NCBI RefSeq assembly: GCF_009914755.1
Contig: NC_060935.1
DNA length: 64,000 nt
Source: the human T2T-CHM13v2.0 reference genome, Homo sapiens
Strand: one strand, 5' to 3'
The notes below the pieces were generated by a model. That model was not told the DNA's origin. It did not search any database and saw nothing but the letters and a program-made list of their open reading frames with translations. The position numbers and the translations under genes were made by a program. Positions 60,801 through 64,000 of the stretch are shown here, piece by piece; the first letter of the stretch is position 1, and the number at the start of each line of letters is the position of its first letter.

Positions 60801-63800
60801 AAACACTCTTTTTGTAGAATCTGCAAGTGGATATTTGGACCACTTTGTGGCCTTCCTTCGAAACGGGTATATCTTCACATCAAACCTAGACAGAAGCATT
60901 CTCAGAATGTTTCCTGTGATGACTGCATTCAACTCACAGAGATGAACAATCCTGCTGATGGAGCAGTTTTGAAACTCTCTTTCTTTGGATTCTGCATGTG
61001 GATATGTGGACCTCTGTGAGGATTTCGTTGGAAACGGGTTCATCTTCACAGAAAAACTAAACAGAAGCATTCTCAGAAACTGCTTTGTGATGGTTGTGTT
61101 CCACTTCAAGAATTGAACTTTCCTCTTGACAGAGCAGCTCTGAAACCCTCTTTTTCTAGAATCTGCAAGTGGACATTTGGAGGGCTTTGAGGCCTGTGGT
61201 GGAAAAGGAAAATCTTCATATAAAAACTAGATGGAAGCATTCTCAGAAACTACTTTGTGATGATTGCATTCGACTCACAGAGTTGAACATTCCTATAGAT
61301 AGAGCAGGTTGTAAACAATCTTTTTGTAGAATCTGCGATTGGAGATTTGGACTGCTTTGAGGCCTACTGTAGTAAAGGAAAGAACTTCATCTAAAAACCA
61401 AACGGAAGCATTCACAGCCAATTCTTAGTGATCATTGGATTGAACTAACAGAGCTGAACATTCCTTTAGATGGCGCAGTTTCCAAACACACTTTCTGTAG
61501 AATCTGCAAGTGGATATTTGGACCTCTCTGAGGATTTCGTTGGAAACGGGATAAAATTCCCAGAACTACACGGAAGCATTCTGAGAAACTTCTTTGTGAT
61601 GTTTGCATTCAACTCACAGAGTTGAACATGGTTTCATAGTTCAGCTTTCAAACACTCTTTTTGTAGAATCTGCAAGTGGATATTTGGACCACTTTGTGGC
61701 CTTCCTTCGAAACGGGTATATCTTCACATCAAACCTAGACAGAAGCATTCTCAGAATGTTTCCTGTGATGACTGCATTCAACTCACAGAGGTGAACAATC
61801 CTGCTGATGGAGCAGTTTTGAAACTCTCTTTCTTTGGATTCTGCAAGTGGATATGTGGACCTCTGTGAAGATTTCGTTGGAAACGGGTTCATCTTCACAG
61901 AAAAACTAAACAGGAGCATTCTCAGAAACTGCTTTGTGATGTTTGTGTTCCACTTCAAGAATTGAACTTTCCTCTTGACAGAGCAGCTCTGAAACCCTCT
62001 TTTTCTAGAATCTGCAAGTGGACATTTGGAGGGCTTTGAGGCCTGTGGTGGAAAAGGAAAATCTTCACATAAAAACTAGATGGAAGCATTCTCAGAAACT
62101 ACTTTGTGATGATTGCATTCGACTCACAGAGTTGAACATTCCTATAGATAGAGCAGGTTTTACACAATCTTTTTGTAGAATCTGCGATTGGAGATTTGGA
62201 CTGCTTTGAGGCCTACTGTAGTAAAGGAAATAACTTCATCTAAAAACCAAACGGAAGCATTCACAGACAATTCTTAGTGATCATCGGATTGAAATAACAG
62301 AGCTGAACATTCCTTTAGATGGAGCAGTTTCCAAACACACTTTCTGTAGAATCTCCAAGTGGATATTTGGACCTCTCTGAGGATTTCGTTGGAAACGGGC
62401 TAAACTTCCCAGAACTACACGGAAGCATTCTGAGAAACTTCTTTGTGATGTTTGCATTCAAATCACAGAGTTGAACCTTGCTTTCATAGTTCAGCTTTCA
62501 AACACTCTTTTTGTAGAATCTGCAAGTGGATATTTGGACCACTTTGTGGCCTTCCTTCGAAACGGTTATATCTTCACATCAAACCTAGACAGAAGCATTC
62601 TCAGAATGTTTCCTGTGATGACTGCATTCAACTCACTGATGTGAACAATCCTGTTGATGGAGCAGTTTTGAAACTCTCTTTCTTTGGATTCTGCAAGTGG
62701 ATATGTGGACCTCTGTGAAGATTTTGTTGGAAACGGGTTCATCTTCACAGAAAAACTAAACAGGAGCATTCTCAGAAACTGCTTTGTGATGTTTGTGTTC
62801 CACTTCAGGAATTGAACTTTCCTCTTGATAGAGCAGCTCTGAAACCCTCTTTTTCTAGAATCTGCAAGTGGACATTTGGAGGGCTTTGAGGCCTGTGGTG
62901 GAAAAGGAAAATCTTCACATAAAAACTAGATGGAAGCATTCTCAGAAACTACTTTGTGATGATTGCATTCGACTCACAGAGTTGAACATTCCTATAGATA
63001 GAGCAGGTTGTAAACAATCTTTTTGTAGAATCTGCGATTGGAGATTTGGACTGCTTTGAGGCCTACTGTAGTAAAGGAAATAACTTCATCTAAAAACCAA
63101 ACGGAAACATTCACGGACAATTCTTAGTGATCATTGGATTGAACTAACAGAGCTGAACATTCCTTTAGATGGCGCAGTTTCCAAACACACTTTCTGTAGA
63201 ATCTGCAAGTGGATATTTGGACCTCTCTGAGGATTTCGTTGGAAACGGGATAAACTTCCCTGAACTACACGGAAGCATTCTGAGAAACTTCTTTGTGATG
63301 TTTGCATTCAACTCACAGAGTTGAACCTTGCTTTCATAGTTCAGCTTTCAAACACTCTTTTTGTAGAATCTGCAAGTGGATATTTGGACCACTTTGTGGC
63401 CTTCCTTCGAAACGGGTATACCTTCACATCAAACCTAGACAGAAGCATTCTCAGAATGTTTCCTGTGATGACTGCATTCAACTCACAGAGGTGAACAATC
63501 CTGCTGATGGAGCAGTTTTGAAACTCTCTTTCTTTGGATTCTGCAAGTGGATATGTGGACCTCTGTGAAGATTTCGTTGGAAACGGGTTCATCTTCACAT
63601 AAAAACTAAACAGGAGCATTCTCAGAAACTGCTTTGTGATGTTTGTGTTCCACTTCAGGAATTGAACTTTCCTCTTGACAGAGCAGCTCTGAAACCCTCT
63701 TTTTCTAGAATCTGCAAGTGGACATTTGGAGGGCTTTGAGGCCTGTGGTGGAAAAGGAAAATCTTCACATAAAAACTAGATGGAAGCATTCTCACAAACT

Positions 63801-64000
63801 ACTTTGTGATGATTGCATTCGACTCACAGAGTTGAACATTCCTATAGATAGAGCAGGTTGTAAACAATCTTTTTGTAGAATCTGCGATTGGAGATTTGGA
63901 CTGCTTTGAGGCCTACTGTAGTAAAGGAAATAACTTCATCTAAAAACCAAACGGAAGCATTCACAGACAATTCTTAGTGATCATCGGATTGAAATAACAG

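Larger units (their letters stand above)
1..64000 (+). repeat. Centromeric alpha-satellite higher-order repeat array, 5-mer 850-bp HOR, about 75.3 copies; SF3 (W1-W5), probably human chr11 D11Z1 / S3C11H1L
   Basis: Alphoid motifs (CATTCTCAGAAACT.CTTTGTGATG, GAATCTGCAAGTGGA, TTCGTTGGAAACGGG) recur every ~170 bp. Exact 850-bp periodicity is visible in the ORF track (415, 1265, 2115 ... 63302). Box order is B-B-B-A-A with a single XbaI TCTAGA per unit (first at 817-822). D11Z1 is known as a 0.85-kb XbaI pentamer, while the other human SF3 arrays are 11-, 12- or 16-mers. The alpha-satellite call is certain; the chromosome and species call is inferred. Confidence 0.95.

Noticed and set aside
415-63909. 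About 230 short ORFs (88 aa MHSTHR..., 92-105 aa minus strand, 63 aa MDIWRA...) as a tandem gene family or Cys-rich peptides
   Set aside because: They are translations of alpha satellite, many starting at TTG/GTG. They overlap on both strands, recur only because the DNA repeats, and are freely broken by stops and frameshifts. I used them only as variant markers.
1-64000. CRISPR-like or other repeat-spacer array
   Set aside because: There are no unique spacers and no cas genes; the entire sequence is tandemly repeated.
1-64000. Embedded transposon (L1/Alu), inversion or foreign insert
   Set aside because: The 850-bp phase is kept throughout apart from 13 accounted 1-bp deletions, and the orientation never changes, leaving no room for an insert.
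1-64000. Assignment to DXZ1, D17Z1 or D1Z5 (other SF3 arrays)
   Set aside because: Those have 12-, 16- and 11-monomer HORs, whereas adjacent 850-bp units here are nearly identical.

Overview
All 64 kb is one uninterrupted head-to-tail array of primate centromeric alpha-satellite DNA. It holds about 75 copies of an 850-bp higher-order repeat (HOR) made of five ~170-bp monomers (three B-type, two A-type), with one XbaI site per unit. This is the suprachromosomal family 3 (W1-W5) pentamer and best matches the human chromosome 11 live array D11Z1 (S3C11H1L); that assignment rests on recognition, not a database search. I found no genes, RNA genes, transposon insertions, inversions or monomer-number variants. 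All listed ORFs are by-products of the repeat. I did not find a new biological system. What is of interest is the variant-level structure. A 3-HOR (2549-bp) super-repeat is amplified six times, carries a broken CENP-B box, and contains a nested 6-HOR period. There is also a 6799-bp-offset duplication with a chimeric junction, several more 3-HOR-offset duplications, long-range reuse of HOR haplotype blocks, mosaic HORs and clustered multi-base variants. All variant calls were read by eye and need alignment to confirm.
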